NCBI GenBank assembly: GCA_937973945.1
Contig: CALJIY010000073.1
Location: forward strand, 1-48,945
Reading direction: 5' to 3'
Source of the DNA: an uncultured Saprospiraceae bacterium
GTDB taxonomy: Bacteria > Bacteroidota > Bacteroidia > Chitinophagales > Saprospiraceae
DNA: 48,945 nt
Each line of letters starts with the position of its first letter. Positions within the stretch are counted from its first letter, which is position 1. Of the stretch, positions 27,785-37,077 are shown piece by piece. The notes below the pieces were generated by a model that searched no databases, was not told the origin of the DNA, and worked only from the letters and a program-made list of their open reading frames with translations. Both the position numbers and the translations under genes were made by a program.

Positions 27785-28705
27785 TTGAAAATAATTATTA
27801 TGCACAAGAAGTCATCAAGAATTATAGACAGTAGTTTTTTCCTTTTTGTAATGGTCCTATTCCTTACAGCTTGCACTCCCGAAGAAGAAGTCAAGGTAAG
27901 CCCTCCCATCGAAAGCGTTTCAACTGAAATAATACAACCCACCCCTGTTGAAGAGGTAAGTCCAGAACCAATAACTTGGAAAAACTGGTATTTGTCTGTT
28001 CCTATAGATAGAGGAAATGGGAAAGCTACCTCTATAGGTTATCAAGATATTATTGAGGATAAGCTAACAGCTGAAGCGTCAAAATATTTCTATAGAAATG
28101 ATGATGGGAGCTATACGATGTGGACCAAATTCACAGGGTTTACTACCTCTGGTTTATCGGAGCTAGGGGATAAATATTGTCGGACAGAACTTAGAGAGTA
28201 TTGGAGAGGCAACCAAGATACTAATGACAACTGGTCGATGTCCACTGGAGTTCATATTCTTGAATCTACTATGCAGGTTGATTTTGTCGAAGGAAACGGT
28301 CGGACAATCGTAGCACAAATTCATGGAAAAGAATCAGCAGGAATCAGTGGTAATCCAGCAACAGTAAAAATCCGATGGAATAGCGGAATGATACAGATAG
28401 ATCATTATACTCGACCAAATGAAGGCGATCCTTGGACTAGTAAATACGATAAAAAAGTTGACTTTGGCAGGGTAGATAATGAGCTGTTCACATTCAAAAT
28501 CAAAATTGAAGGCGGCAAATTATTTTGTGCGCTAGTCTGTGAAGAAAAAGAGCTAAATATTGAATATACAGAATTATATGACTATGTAGGCAATGGCTAT
28601 ATCCACGAAAATTATTTTAAAACGGGTAATTACTTTGGTTGGCATGATGACTATGATAAAGCTGCACAAGTCGTACTATATAAAGTTCTGACAGAACATA
28701 GATAA
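27785..28705 (+). CDS. Polysaccharide lyase family 7-like (alginate lyase fold) lipoprotein
   Basis: PL7 signature trio RTELRE, AQIHG and YFKTGNY. Lipobox LTAC. The track start is a TTG at 27785, and an ATG at 27800 is an alternative. Confidence 0.7.
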   Translation: MKIIIMHKKSSRIIDSSFFLFVMVLFLTACTPEEEVKVSPPIESVSTEIIQPTPVEEVSPEPITWKNWYLSVPIDRGNGKATSIGYQDIIEDKLTAEASKYFYRNDDGSYTMWTKFTGFTTSGLSELGDKYCRTELREYWRGNQDTNDNWSMSTGVHILESTMQVDFVEGNGRTIVAQIHGKESAGISGNPATVKIRWNSGMIQIDHYTRPNEGDPWTSKYDKKVDFGRVDNELFTFKIKIEGGKLFCALVCEEKELNIEYTELYDYVGNGYIHENYFKTGNYFGWHDDYDKAAQVVLYKVLTEHR

Positions 28706-28804
28706 TTACTAATTTACTGAAACAAACAAAACCCGCTCATCATAATTTCCATAGTTCAAAATATTTTCAAAATCAATAGTTTAAGTTTCTTAGCAATTAT
28801 TCCT

Positions 28805-29944
28805 CTACTTATTAAAGATCAACTCCCCATTTCTATCAAAGGGACTAGACCAACGCGCATCCGTATAAATAGCAGCACCAGTAAGCGTTTTTAGAAAAGC
28901 GATTAAGGCATCTTTTTCGGCTTGTGTCAACTGTAAATTTTGACCACTCTTCAAATCAGAAGTTCTTAATCGACTATTAAGTCTAGTACTATTTCTGGGG
29001 TCCAAAGGAATTTGGTTATAATGATCAATTACTGCTGCTAGGCTAGTTAAACTTCCATCATGCATTAAGGGACCATTGAGTGTTCCATTTGGATTCACCA
29101 AGTCTCTTAAAGAGGGGGATCTGGTATTCATAAGATCAACTGCTTTAGGATCACCAGCAACACCAATTATACCATTATTGCTAGTACCAGGGTCAATATC
29201 AAAGATAGGCGCTCTATGGCAGGGTTGACAATTTGCTCCATTTTTATCTTTGGGCATCATAAAAAGTCGTTTCCCTTCATTTTCCTGTTCCGTAAAATTA
29301 GGAAATGGCATCTCGTCATTAGTTACTTGCGCACGACCGACATCATATTTCGAATCAAAGGATTGGATGCTTCTTATAAATTGAGCCAATGCCAATTGAA
29401 TACGACTTTCTGTTATCTGATAATCTCCAAATGCAACAGAAAATAAAGTTCGATAATAGTCAATACATTCCAATTTATTAATTAAGTCTTCAAAAGTCGG
29501 AGCTCCATTTATTCCACTAAACCCCATTTCTATATGGTCTTTTATAGGTTCTGTTGTTTGATCTTCTAATGTGGCCGCTCTTTCATCCCAGAAGAGCGTT
29601 ACTGCTTGGGCGAATCTAATATTTACTAGTCTCATGACATGCCTTCCTGTTAATTCTTTCGATACGCCTTGACTAAGGACAGATTGATCCCCAAATGCGA
29701 AGGCTTGCTTGTGACAACTAGCACACGATATAGTATTGTTAATAGATAGATTTTTATCATAAAATAACACCCTGCCTAAATTAGCAATAGTATCATTCAT
29801 TTGATTATTCGCTGGCGTATTATCTCTATTTATATAATTCGGTATTTCTTGATTCGCATAGTTGTAAAAATTTATTTGTTGACTTGTAGCACAGAAAAAG
29901 AATATAGTTGAAATTAGCACGAGTACAATCAAAATGTTTTTCAT
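28805..29944 (-). CDS. Di-haem cytochrome c peroxidase family protein
   Basis: Two CxxCH sites (CASCH, CQPCH) at the spacing seen in CCP/MauG-type proteins. An N-terminal signal is present. Confidence 0.85.
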   Translation of the reverse strand: MKNILIVLVLISTIFFFCATSQQINFYNYANQEIPNYINRDNTPANNQMNDTIANLGRVLFYDKNLSINNTISCASCHKQAFAFGDQSVLSQGVSKELTGRHVMRLVNIRFAQAVTLFWDERAATLEDQTTEPIKDHIEMGFSGINGAPTFEDLINKLECIDYYRTLFSVAFGDYQITESRIQLALAQFIRSIQSFDSKYDVGRAQVTNDEMPFPNFTEQENEGKRLFMMPKDKNGANCQPCHRAPIFDIDPGTSNNGIIGVAGDPKAVDLMNTRSPSLRDLVNPNGTLNGPLMHDGSLTSLAAVIDHYNQIPLDPRNSTRLNSRLRTSDLKSGQNLQLTQAEKDALIAFLKTLTGAAIYTDARWSSPFDRNGELIFNK

Positions 29945-30399
29945 AAAGATTAATTTGAAAGTTTTATGGTATTTAAACCCTTTCGTTTCTGCTTATTCAA
30001 GGGATTGCTTGATGTTAAAAAATCGTAAAATAAAACTTAGGAATGATTACAAGATAGGAAAGAAGAAGAGGTGGTTTTTTAAAAATATAAGTATAGGTAG
30101 TAACTGTATAAGAAGAGGCATATCAATAGCGTATAAAACAATTTAGTTGGTAAGTTTCATTTAGAAACGAGCCGCTTAGCGTCTCTACTTTCATACTCGT
30201 ACCAATATGGTTCAAGCACTTGTTCCTCATAAACTATAGGGTATAGATACTCCTCGTTTTATAAAAACCCAATAAAGAATAAGGAATTATTGCATACGGC
30301 CCGTCTCTTTATCCACTCTACTTATGTCATAAAAAAGACCTTTTCCAAACAGTGTCTCGAACATTCTCATCTTTTCCCACATCTTTTTGAATAAAAGCC

Positions 30400-30407
30400 T
30401 ATATTTG
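30400..30407 (+). promoter_or_regulatory. Candidate -7 box (TAnnTTTG)
   Basis: TATATTTG lies 104 nt upstream of the S8 peptidase ATG. No well-spaced -33 element is present. Confidence 0.2.
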
Positions 30408-30511
30408 ATTGGACTAATTCTTGCTGCTATTTAAGTTATTTATAGATAGTAATCTTCCAAATTGTTTGAGAAAATTAAAGAAACCACTTCTTTATAAGAC
30501 CTAAGCACTAC

Positions 30512-32125
30512 ATGAACAAGTTATTGATTTTACTCTTCTGCTGTTTATCCACTATAACGATCTATAGTCAAGACAGTAATCAAACTGCTCCACTGCTCGT
30601 TCGTTTTCAAGAAGGAGTAGATGGAAAAGCATTTTTTCGACAATTTCAAAAAGCTTCCAAAAATAATGCTGGTTTACAGATTGAGCGAAGGGTTTCTAAA
30701 TTGCTTAATATCTATAAATTAAAAGAAGAACCCGCCTCAGCAAGTAACAATATCATTGAGGGTTTAAAAAAGAGTAAAGGAGTTCTCTCTGTAGGCTATG
30801 ATGAGCCTGCAACCTACCGCAATACTACGCCTAATGATGACTTATATAAAGATCAGTGGAATTTAGAAAAAATCAATCTACCAGAAGTGTGGGCAGAGAC
30901 AAAAGGTGGAACGACTGCTAATGGAGATGATATAGTTGTAGCCATTTTAGAAATGGGTGTCACCTTGGATCACCCAGATATTGCAGACAATATATGGACG
31001 AACACAGGAGAAACACCAGATGACGGGATTGATAATGATGGCAATGGATATATAGATGATTTCTTTGGTCTTAATTTAAATGACCTAACAGATAACCACC
31101 CACTAAAAAATCATGGTACAGAGGTAGCAGGGGTAATAGGTGCTCATACCGATAATGGCATCGGCATGGCAGGAGTTAATTGGGATATTAAAATGTTATT
31201 TCTTTCGGAAGTTGATTTTACAAGTGATGTGATAGAGGCCTATGAATATTTATACAATCTCCGAAAAAAATATAATGAAACGAATGGTAGGGAAGGTGCT
31301 TTGATTGTCGCCAATAACAATTCCTTTGGCTGGAATTCTAGGCCAGAAGATTTGCAATTTGGTATAGAATTATGTGAAATGTACAATTTCATGGGTAGTG
31401 TAGGTATCCTTTCCGTTGGTGCTGGTCCTAATGAAGATACAGATGTAGAAGTAGTAGGAGACGTTCCAACAAACTGTACTAGTCGATATTTTATAGGCGT
31501 CACTTCTACAGACCGTACGGACAACAAAAGAGGGGGATATGGTGCTACATCTATAGATATTGGTGCTCCAGGAGAAGACATTCCTGCCACCAGCGAAGCG
31601 GATGATTATTGTATGTGTTCTGGTACTTCTTTTGCTGCACCACATGTTGCTGGAGCTATAGGTCTAATGTATAGTGTCCAATGTTCTCAGCTAGCGAATG
31701 ATGCCATTAATAATTCCTCTGGTACAGCTCGATTTATGCGAGATATTTTATTGGCAGGAGTAGATCCTATCTCAAGTTTAGAAGATATAACCGTTACGGG
31801 CGGACGGCTGAATGTACTACAAGCCATTAATAATTTGCAAGTATATTGTGGCAGTAATGAAAGTAATCGATTAGCAATAAGTAATGTTTACCCTAGTCCT
31901 GTAGAGTCAGAAATTACAATAAAGTATGAAACACCCGATTATGAGCCTTATATATTTAGTATTAATAATGCTTTAGGGCAAGTGGTTCGAACAAGGGTCA
32001 TTACGCCACCTCGTTTTACAGAGCCTATAGAAACAGAAGATGTTAGTGGTTTGCCTGCTGGCGTCTATTTTGTGTCGTTCCAAAGAGAGGATAAGATAGT
32101 TGCTAAGCGATTTATTGTGCGATAA
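30512..32125 (+). CDS. S8 (subtilisin-family) peptidase with T9SS C-terminal sorting domain; Glu at the catalytic Asp position
   Basis: Signal peptide, HGTEVAG (His), NNNSFG (oxyanion Asn) and SGTSFAAPHVAG (Ser). The first triad motif reads VAILEMG instead of V(A/G)VIDTG. The CTD is VYPSPV...GVYFVSF. Confidence 0.8.
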   Translation: MNKLLILLFCCLSTITIYSQDSNQTAPLLVRFQEGVDGKAFFRQFQKASKNNAGLQIERRVSKLLNIYKLKEEPASASNNIIEGLKKSKGVLSVGYDEPATYRNTTPNDDLYKDQWNLEKINLPEVWAETKGGTTANGDDIVVAILEMGVTLDHPDIADNIWTNTGETPDDGIDNDGNGYIDDFFGLNLNDLTDNHPLKNHGTEVAGVIGAHTDNGIGMAGVNWDIKMLFLSEVDFTSDVIEAYEYLYNLRKKYNETNGREGALIVANNNSFGWNSRPEDLQFGIELCEMYNFMGSVGILSVGAGPNEDTDVEVVGDVPTNCTSRYFIGVTSTDRTDNKRGGYGATSIDIGAPGEDIPATSEADDYCMCSGTSFAAPHVAGAIGLMYSVQCSQLANDAINNSSGTARFMRDILLAGVDPISSLEDITVTGGRLNVLQAINNLQVYCGSNESNRLAISNVYPSPVESEITIKYETPDYEPYIFSINNALGQVVRTRVITPPRFTEPIETEDVSGLPAGVYFVSFQREDKIVAKRFIVR

Positions 32126-32140
32126 GCTTTTTCAGGTTAG

Positions 32141-32196
32141 AACTACAAACAAAAAGGCATAACGAAAATTTTCGTTATGCCTTTTTGTTTGTAGTT
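32141..32196. terminator. 56-nt perfect palindrome between convergent genes (probable bidirectional terminator)
   Basis: AACTACAAACAAAAAGGCATAACGAAAA | TTTTCGTTATGCCTTTTTGTTTGTAGTT, two 28-nt arms with no mismatch. Stops lie at 32125 and 32212. Confidence 0.6.
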
Positions 32197-32211
32197 TCTC
32201 AAAATTCAGCC

Positions 32212-32883
32212 CTACTCGATTCTCAAATCTTCTACAAAAATATCTGGATGATTATCAGGATTAAAGACAAAATCTGATGCAGTATATTTTTGATTGGGTG
32301 TAAACTTCTTCACTTCCATCGTATATCGAGAGCCATCTTTGCTAAAAGCTTTTATCCTCATCACTTGAGTTTTCTTTTTATCAATTGTTACCCTCATTTT
32401 AGAATATTCGGAATCCCTATCTGTAGGCTTGAATTCAATTTGCTGAATAGCTACCCCATTTTCATAATCCTCGTTGATGAGTTGATAAATAAAATCTTCT
32501 TTTTCATAAATACGTAGCAAATCTTTAGGAGATAACATCTCTTCATCTTCTTCAAAATCATCTACATCATTAATTTGTACTTCATTATTGTTTTTCATAA
32601 ACAGCCATAATGACTGGCCATCAGAATAAATAGCTTGATGTTCTAAATCCAAACGATATTTATCGCCCTCTTGCGCAATGCTCCCTTCTTGCACTTCTTT
32701 TTCTTCTTCTGGAATTTCAATAGTTAAGGTAAAATCTGCTGCTACCGTAGCATAATCTTCATACTTTGCACGCATTTTTTCCAAAATAGCCTTAGCTGCT
32801 GGGTCAGAAGCTTCTGGCTCTAACTGACCAAAACAAATAGTAGAAAAACAGGTAGCTAGAAATAATAAAAGGAGATTTTTCAT
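32212..32883 (-). CDS. LolA-like outer-membrane lipoprotein carrier family protein
   Basis: Signal peptide, 223 aa, and a pattern typical of Bacteroidota LolA-like proteins (AILEKM...Y....ADF.L........G.......KYRLDL). Confidence 0.65.
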   Translation of the reverse strand: MKNLLLLFLATCFSTICFGQLEPEASDPAAKAILEKMRAKYEDYATVAADFTLTIEIPEEEKEVQEGSIAQEGDKYRLDLEHQAIYSDGQSLWLFMKNNNEVQINDVDDFEEDEEMLSPKDLLRIYEKEDFIYQLINEDYENGVAIQQIEFKPTDRDSEYSKMRVTIDKKKTQVMRIKAFSKDGSRYTMEVKKFTPNQKYTASDFVFNPDNHPDIFVEDLRIE

Positions 32884-33033
32884 TGACGATAGTTTTTATG
32901 TAAATGTTACTGCTTGGTTGTTTTAAACAACTTCTAACAAATGTCTTAATAAAAACGCATTTATGGTATTATCTATTCGTTAATACTTGAAAAAAGGCGT
33001 TAAACTTTATTTAAAAAAATAGAATATAAGGAA

Positions 33034-33642
33034 TTATTTAAATTTCTTAGCTTTCCAAAACACGCCTACCATCAAAAATAAATTATCTATCCCCAAATTA
33101 GGTTGTTGCAAATTCGCATTAGATAGGTGTCTAAATCTAGTTTTGAGATGAAACCCAACTTGCTCGTTTAACAACTGATAATAAGCTAATTCTACATTGT
33201 CAGAAAATAAAAATCCTCGGTGTTGTAGGTCTGTTTTCAAAGATAAAAAATGTGGACCTACTCCTATAGCTGCTACAAATTTTCTTTTATCCGATTCCCA
33301 AAAAGGATACTGGATCCCAAGATTAACACCGAATTCAAAAGCCTTTTTAAATGCTTCTGGTGGAGTCGTTACTGCCAATTGGGGTTCTGCATAAAAGGAC
33401 AGCCTTCGCTTTTTATTATTAAATACAGGAAAGCGAGTTGTAAAAAATAGTGGGTCGTAAGAGTAGTTTTCAGGTAATTGCTCTTGGACAATAGGGTAGC
33501 CAAAACTAATTTCAGCTATCTGAAAATCAGAAAATTGTCCCGATAAAAAGCAGGGCGTAAGAAATAAATAAAGAAGCGATACATAAAAAAAAGGGAATAC
33601 CGTATTGGTATTCCCTTTTTTTATTCTAATAGTAGCGTACAT
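33034..33642 (-). CDS. Acyloxyacyl hydrolase / lipid A 3-O-deacylase (PagL)-like outer-membrane protein
   Basis: Length is about 200 aa with beta-barrel-like alternating pattern. The C-terminal motif RHLSNANL resembles the PagL H-x-S-N catalytic motif. Confidence 0.55.
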   Translation of the reverse strand: MYATIRIKKGNTNTVFPFFYVSLLYLFLTPCFLSGQFSDFQIAEISFGYPIVQEQLPENYSYDPLFFTTRFPVFNNKKRRLSFYAEPQLAVTTPPEAFKKAFEFGVNLGIQYPFWESDKRKFVAAIGVGPHFLSLKTDLQHRGFLFSDNVELAYYQLLNEQVGFHLKTRFRHLSNANLQQPNLGIDNLFLMVGVFWKAKKFK

Positions 33643-33648
33643 AAATTT

Positions 33649-34386
33649 CTATTGAAAAGTAAAGGAACCATTTGTATTATTAAATGGTAAGGGAGTACCA
33701 TCCGCCTGCATGACCTCTATCAACAATGGCTTGCCTGAAAAACGAATCCGAGACTTATTGGTATTTTCTCCCACTACTCTAAAGACTACCTGATAAAGAA
33801 CCGTCCCCGCTGGTAAGCTAACCCCTTGTACAGATGGGTCATACCAAGCTAGTAAAAGATTGCCTTCACTAACTTCCCCTGTTCCAAAATTCTCATTGCT
33901 AAGATCTTTTAATTGATAGCCTTGAACTTTTTCAAACTGTAATATTTTAGGGTCCCAATTCATACTATATTGCATTGAGACTACTTTGCTAAAGTCCCCA
34001 ATATTCACATCTACTGTAATCAAATCACCTCGCTGTCCTGATTCGTCAGAGGCACCAATAGTAAAAGGCGTACCAGAACTATTACAAGATACTTTTACGG
34101 ATTGTGCACCACCATTAGCTACAATCTTGGGCTTGTTCTTAGAATAACTTGTAGCATCACCTTGCAGATTACTTGTAGGATATTGTTTGACATTACAGCC
34201 CTTAGGCACTCGTAAAGATTTTAAACTAGGTATCCCTTTTAGTTTGAGTTGCTCCGCCGTGTAGGTACCTGGTTGTAAAACAACCTCTTGTCCATGAAAA
34301 CCTATTTCAGAATAGGCTCTTACTTGTGCCTGAAGGGAAAATCCAATAATCATGGATACAAAAAGCAATGTAATAATCTTATGCAT
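33649..34386 (-). CDS. Secreted protein with cohesin-like C-terminal domain
   Basis: Signal peptide. The C-terminal half (GDLITVDVNIGDFSKVVSMQYSMNWDPKILQF...) resembles cohesin-type beta-sandwiches. Its stop is 6 nt from the PagL-like start. Confidence 0.4.
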   Translation of the reverse strand: MHKIITLLFVSMIIGFSLQAQVRAYSEIGFHGQEVVLQPGTYTAEQLKLKGIPSLKSLRVPKGCNVKQYPTSNLQGDATSYSKNKPKIVANGGAQSVKVSCNSSGTPFTIGASDESGQRGDLITVDVNIGDFSKVVSMQYSMNWDPKILQFEKVQGYQLKDLSNENFGTGEVSEGNLLLAWYDPSVQGVSLPAGTVLYQVVFRVVGENTNKSRIRFSGKPLLIEVMQADGTPLPFNNTNGSFTFQ

Positions 34387-34787
34387 TGGGTTATAATTTT
34401 ATTCTTAATATTTGGAGGGGCTAATTGATATTACCTTCTATATAACGAAAAAGAAGTAAAAAAAGGTACGATAAAATAGTTAAGTAAATCTAAAATAATT
34501 AGTAAAGAAGATAGGAATAAATATAAGTGCTTGCCTACAAATTGTTAGGATGTACTAAATGGCTTTGTTTAATTTATGTCTAGTAAGTATTCAACAAATA
34601 TTGTTGTTTGATAATCAAAGACTTATAAATAGCATGTTAGTCAAGTATCCAAAAGTTAAAATCTAAAAAAAATAGAATTAAAATTCTTTAATATAAATAA
34701 TTTACTATAGTTTTATGACGTAATTAGGGTAGGTTGCACGCTTATTTTAATTACAGTTTTTAATACTGCTTTTATTGAGATTTAATA

Positions 34788-34820
34788 GAAAGCACCTTTT
34801 CACCAAGGGTGCTTTTTTTA
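34788..34820. terminator. Stem-loop with A-run/T-run flanks at the stop of the 34818-36038 gene
   Basis: AGCACC-N11-GGTGCT is flanked by AAA on one side and TTTTTTT on the other. The T-run is on the plus strand, and the minus-strand side (UUCUAUU) is weaker. Confidence 0.45.
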
Positions 34821-36038
34821 TGATAACAATAAGGCAAAAATTAAGGTAATAGCAGTAGCCACAAATCCTACCATAAATATATTGTACGAATTGGTTAAAT
34901 AGCGATACTTTTTGTCCAACACCTTTCCAAGAAAATAAATATCCCTGGTCATATTTCCATAAATCAAAGCACTATCTCTAAACAATTCATCCATTGCAGC
35001 TTCGTATTCTTCAATATCTAAATGGACATAATTACCAAAAAATACTAGGTTCTTTTTTACATCCTGAAGATCACTTACATTTTTATTGATCGTTGTAATC
35101 TTAGGTCTAGCTGACAAAACCGCATACACCAAAGACGTCAGGCCTGTAATAGAGAAAATAATGACCGCCATCAAGACCATCGGATTGGTCTCTGCAATAT
35201 TTTTATACGTCAATAAGGAAAGCAATACACTTAATAATATAGCATTCACACTAATCATAATATTAGCCTTATTATCAGCAATAGCACTTAGGTTGATATG
35301 GTTTCTATAATTCGTTCGGAAATAGGTTTGAATAGCTCGATTAGGCACCATTGGTTCTAGCTCTTCAAATATGTTTGGCCGACTAGGTGTGTCTATTACA
35401 ATATCTCCTTTTCGTCTTAGCTTGTCTACCTGTTTTTTTAGGCTGTATATATTCTGAGCCAAAATAGGTTCAAAATGCGTTTTTCCATAAGTGGTATAAA
35501 ACTTAGTACCCAATAAATTTTGTAGTTGCAAGGCCGTCCACTGTTCTTTAGAAATTCCTCCTTGATCCATCAAGTTCTGCTCTAATTCTAACAACTGTCG
35601 CTTCGCACCAAAACGATCTCCAAAATGTAATGCGTTCAATGCATCACTAAATAGTTCTTGTTCTTCCGTTGCTGGAGTCGTATTCCTATCTAATAAGCGG
35701 ATCAAGTCTTTAATTTTCTCTGTCTTAGCTCTAGAATAGCCTTGTCCTAACAGGAAATCTTCGGCTTGACGAACACTAGTTTCTGTCGCACTTGAATAGT
35801 TTGATAAATAGCCCGTATAGCAAAAGAGGCCCGCAAGTTTGGCTAATTCTTTAGCATTATCAGAGGCTTTTACCTTTTCGCTAATATCTTCGATAAGCTG
35901 CAATAAATAGGTCGTCAATTCATAATTATGGTATACCAATCGAGGCGTACTCTTGGTTTTGAACTGATTAAAGACTTGTTCTTTTGCTGCTAAAAAAATA
36001 CCTTCCACAGGCATAAGTTCTTTTGACTGAAACGTCAT
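34818..36038 (-). CDS. HD-like (degenerate) N-terminal domain fused to a Pycsar-effector-type (PycTM/DUF5706-like) transmembrane domain
   Basis: The C-terminal half has INLSAIADNKANIMISVNAILLSVLL plus two further TM helices, as in PycTM-type proteins. The N-terminal half aligns by eye to HD phosphohydrolases but reads YHNYE... and LFCYTGY where HD proteins have H..H and (F/W)HDxGY. Confidence 0.55.
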   Translation of the reverse strand: MTFQSKELMPVEGIFLAAKEQVFNQFKTKSTPRLVYHNYELTTYLLQLIEDISEKVKASDNAKELAKLAGLFCYTGYLSNYSSATETSVRQAEDFLLGQGYSRAKTEKIKDLIRLLDRNTTPATEEQELFSDALNALHFGDRFGAKRQLLELEQNLMDQGGISKEQWTALQLQNLLGTKFYTTYGKTHFEPILAQNIYSLKKQVDKLRRKGDIVIDTPSRPNIFEELEPMVPNRAIQTYFRTNYRNHINLSAIADNKANIMISVNAILLSVLLSLLTYKNIAETNPMVLMAVIIFSITGLTSLVYAVLSARPKITTINKNVSDLQDVKKNLVFFGNYVHLDIEEYEAAMDELFRDSALIYGNMTRDIYFLGKVLDKKYRYLTNSYNIFMVGFVATAITLIFALLLS

Positions 36039-36427
36039 TTTGATTATTATTAGAGGCTCTTTTGGTAAAGAAGTTTTTGAATAACTTCAAAGAACGTTAA
36101 TAAATTAAGAATTCTTTAATAAGAAAAATGATACATTTACTATATTTACCAGTCTCAATATTGCTTACTCGCTAAACTTTGTTTTGGAAATATATCCATA
36201 ACAAGATACTTCTAGGCAATGCAATTTAGGAAATTTCAAGGAAAGCTACCCCTTATTTCTATTATCTGGATAGCTTTTTGTTACATAAAATATTAACTAA
36301 ATACTTTATTTTAAATGTTTGGTGTCAAAATCAAGCAGATCAAAACCTAATTCTAATGGGGGTAAAGGAAGGTAAAAATCATGCTTTTCTGTAACTCTAA
36401 TAGGATTAACAATTTCAATTTTTACTT

Positions 36428-37039
36428 ATGGCAAATTTAATTGACCTAATCAAAGGACAGCTTACAGACAGCGTAATGGATCAAATTAGCGGCAAATTAG
36501 GTGCTGATCGTCAGCAAACTGATGTTGCTACAGACAATATCTTAGCTACTCTAATTGAAGGTTTAGCTAAAAATACACAGGATGAAAAAAGTGCAGCGGG
36601 TCTAGCCAATGCATTGGAAAAAGATCATGATGGTAGTCTTTTAGAGAATCTTCATGATTTAATTGAAGGAAAAGCACAGCAAACAAATCCTAGAGCAGCG
36701 AACGGTGCGGGTATATTAAAACATATACTGGGTGGCAATCAGTCAAACATGGTTGATGTGATCAGTGGTTTAAGTGGTTTAGGTGCTGGTAAAACAGGAA
36801 ACTTAATGACTATGTTGGCTCCTATTGTTTTACAAATGTTAGGAAAGCAAAAGCGTCAACAAAATTTAGATACAGGTGGCTTGGCTAATATCTTAGCGGG
36901 TACCTTAAATCAAACTCGACAAACCCAAGGTGGTGCAAGCGGTGGTTTACTAAAAAGCTTATTAGATAGAGATGGTGATGGTAGTATTGTGGATGATGTA
37001 GCGGGTATGGTAATAGGAAAATTATTTGGCCGTAAGTAA
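36428..37039 (+). CDS. DUF937 family protein
   Basis: The N-terminus MANLIDLIKGQLTDSVMDQISGKLG, Gly-rich repeats and the C-terminal DRDGDGSIVDD resemble DUF937 proteins as I remember them. Confidence 0.6.
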   Translation: MANLIDLIKGQLTDSVMDQISGKLGADRQQTDVATDNILATLIEGLAKNTQDEKSAAGLANALEKDHDGSLLENLHDLIEGKAQQTNPRAANGAGILKHILGGNQSNMVDVISGLSGLGAGKTGNLMTMLAPIVLQMLGKQKRQQNLDTGGLANILAGTLNQTRQTQGGASGGLLKSLLDRDGDGSIVDDVAGMVIGKLFGRK

Positions 37040-37077
37040 GAATTGGAGATACTGTGCTTTTAGATGTTGACAGTAAT

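Noticed and set aside
29934-30146. 70-aa plus-strand ORF in the 567-nt spacer before the S8 peptidase gene
   Set aside because: The peptide is Lys/Ile/Asn-rich, typical of AT-rich non-coding sequence. It begins inside the start region of the divergent peroxidase gene and has no motif.
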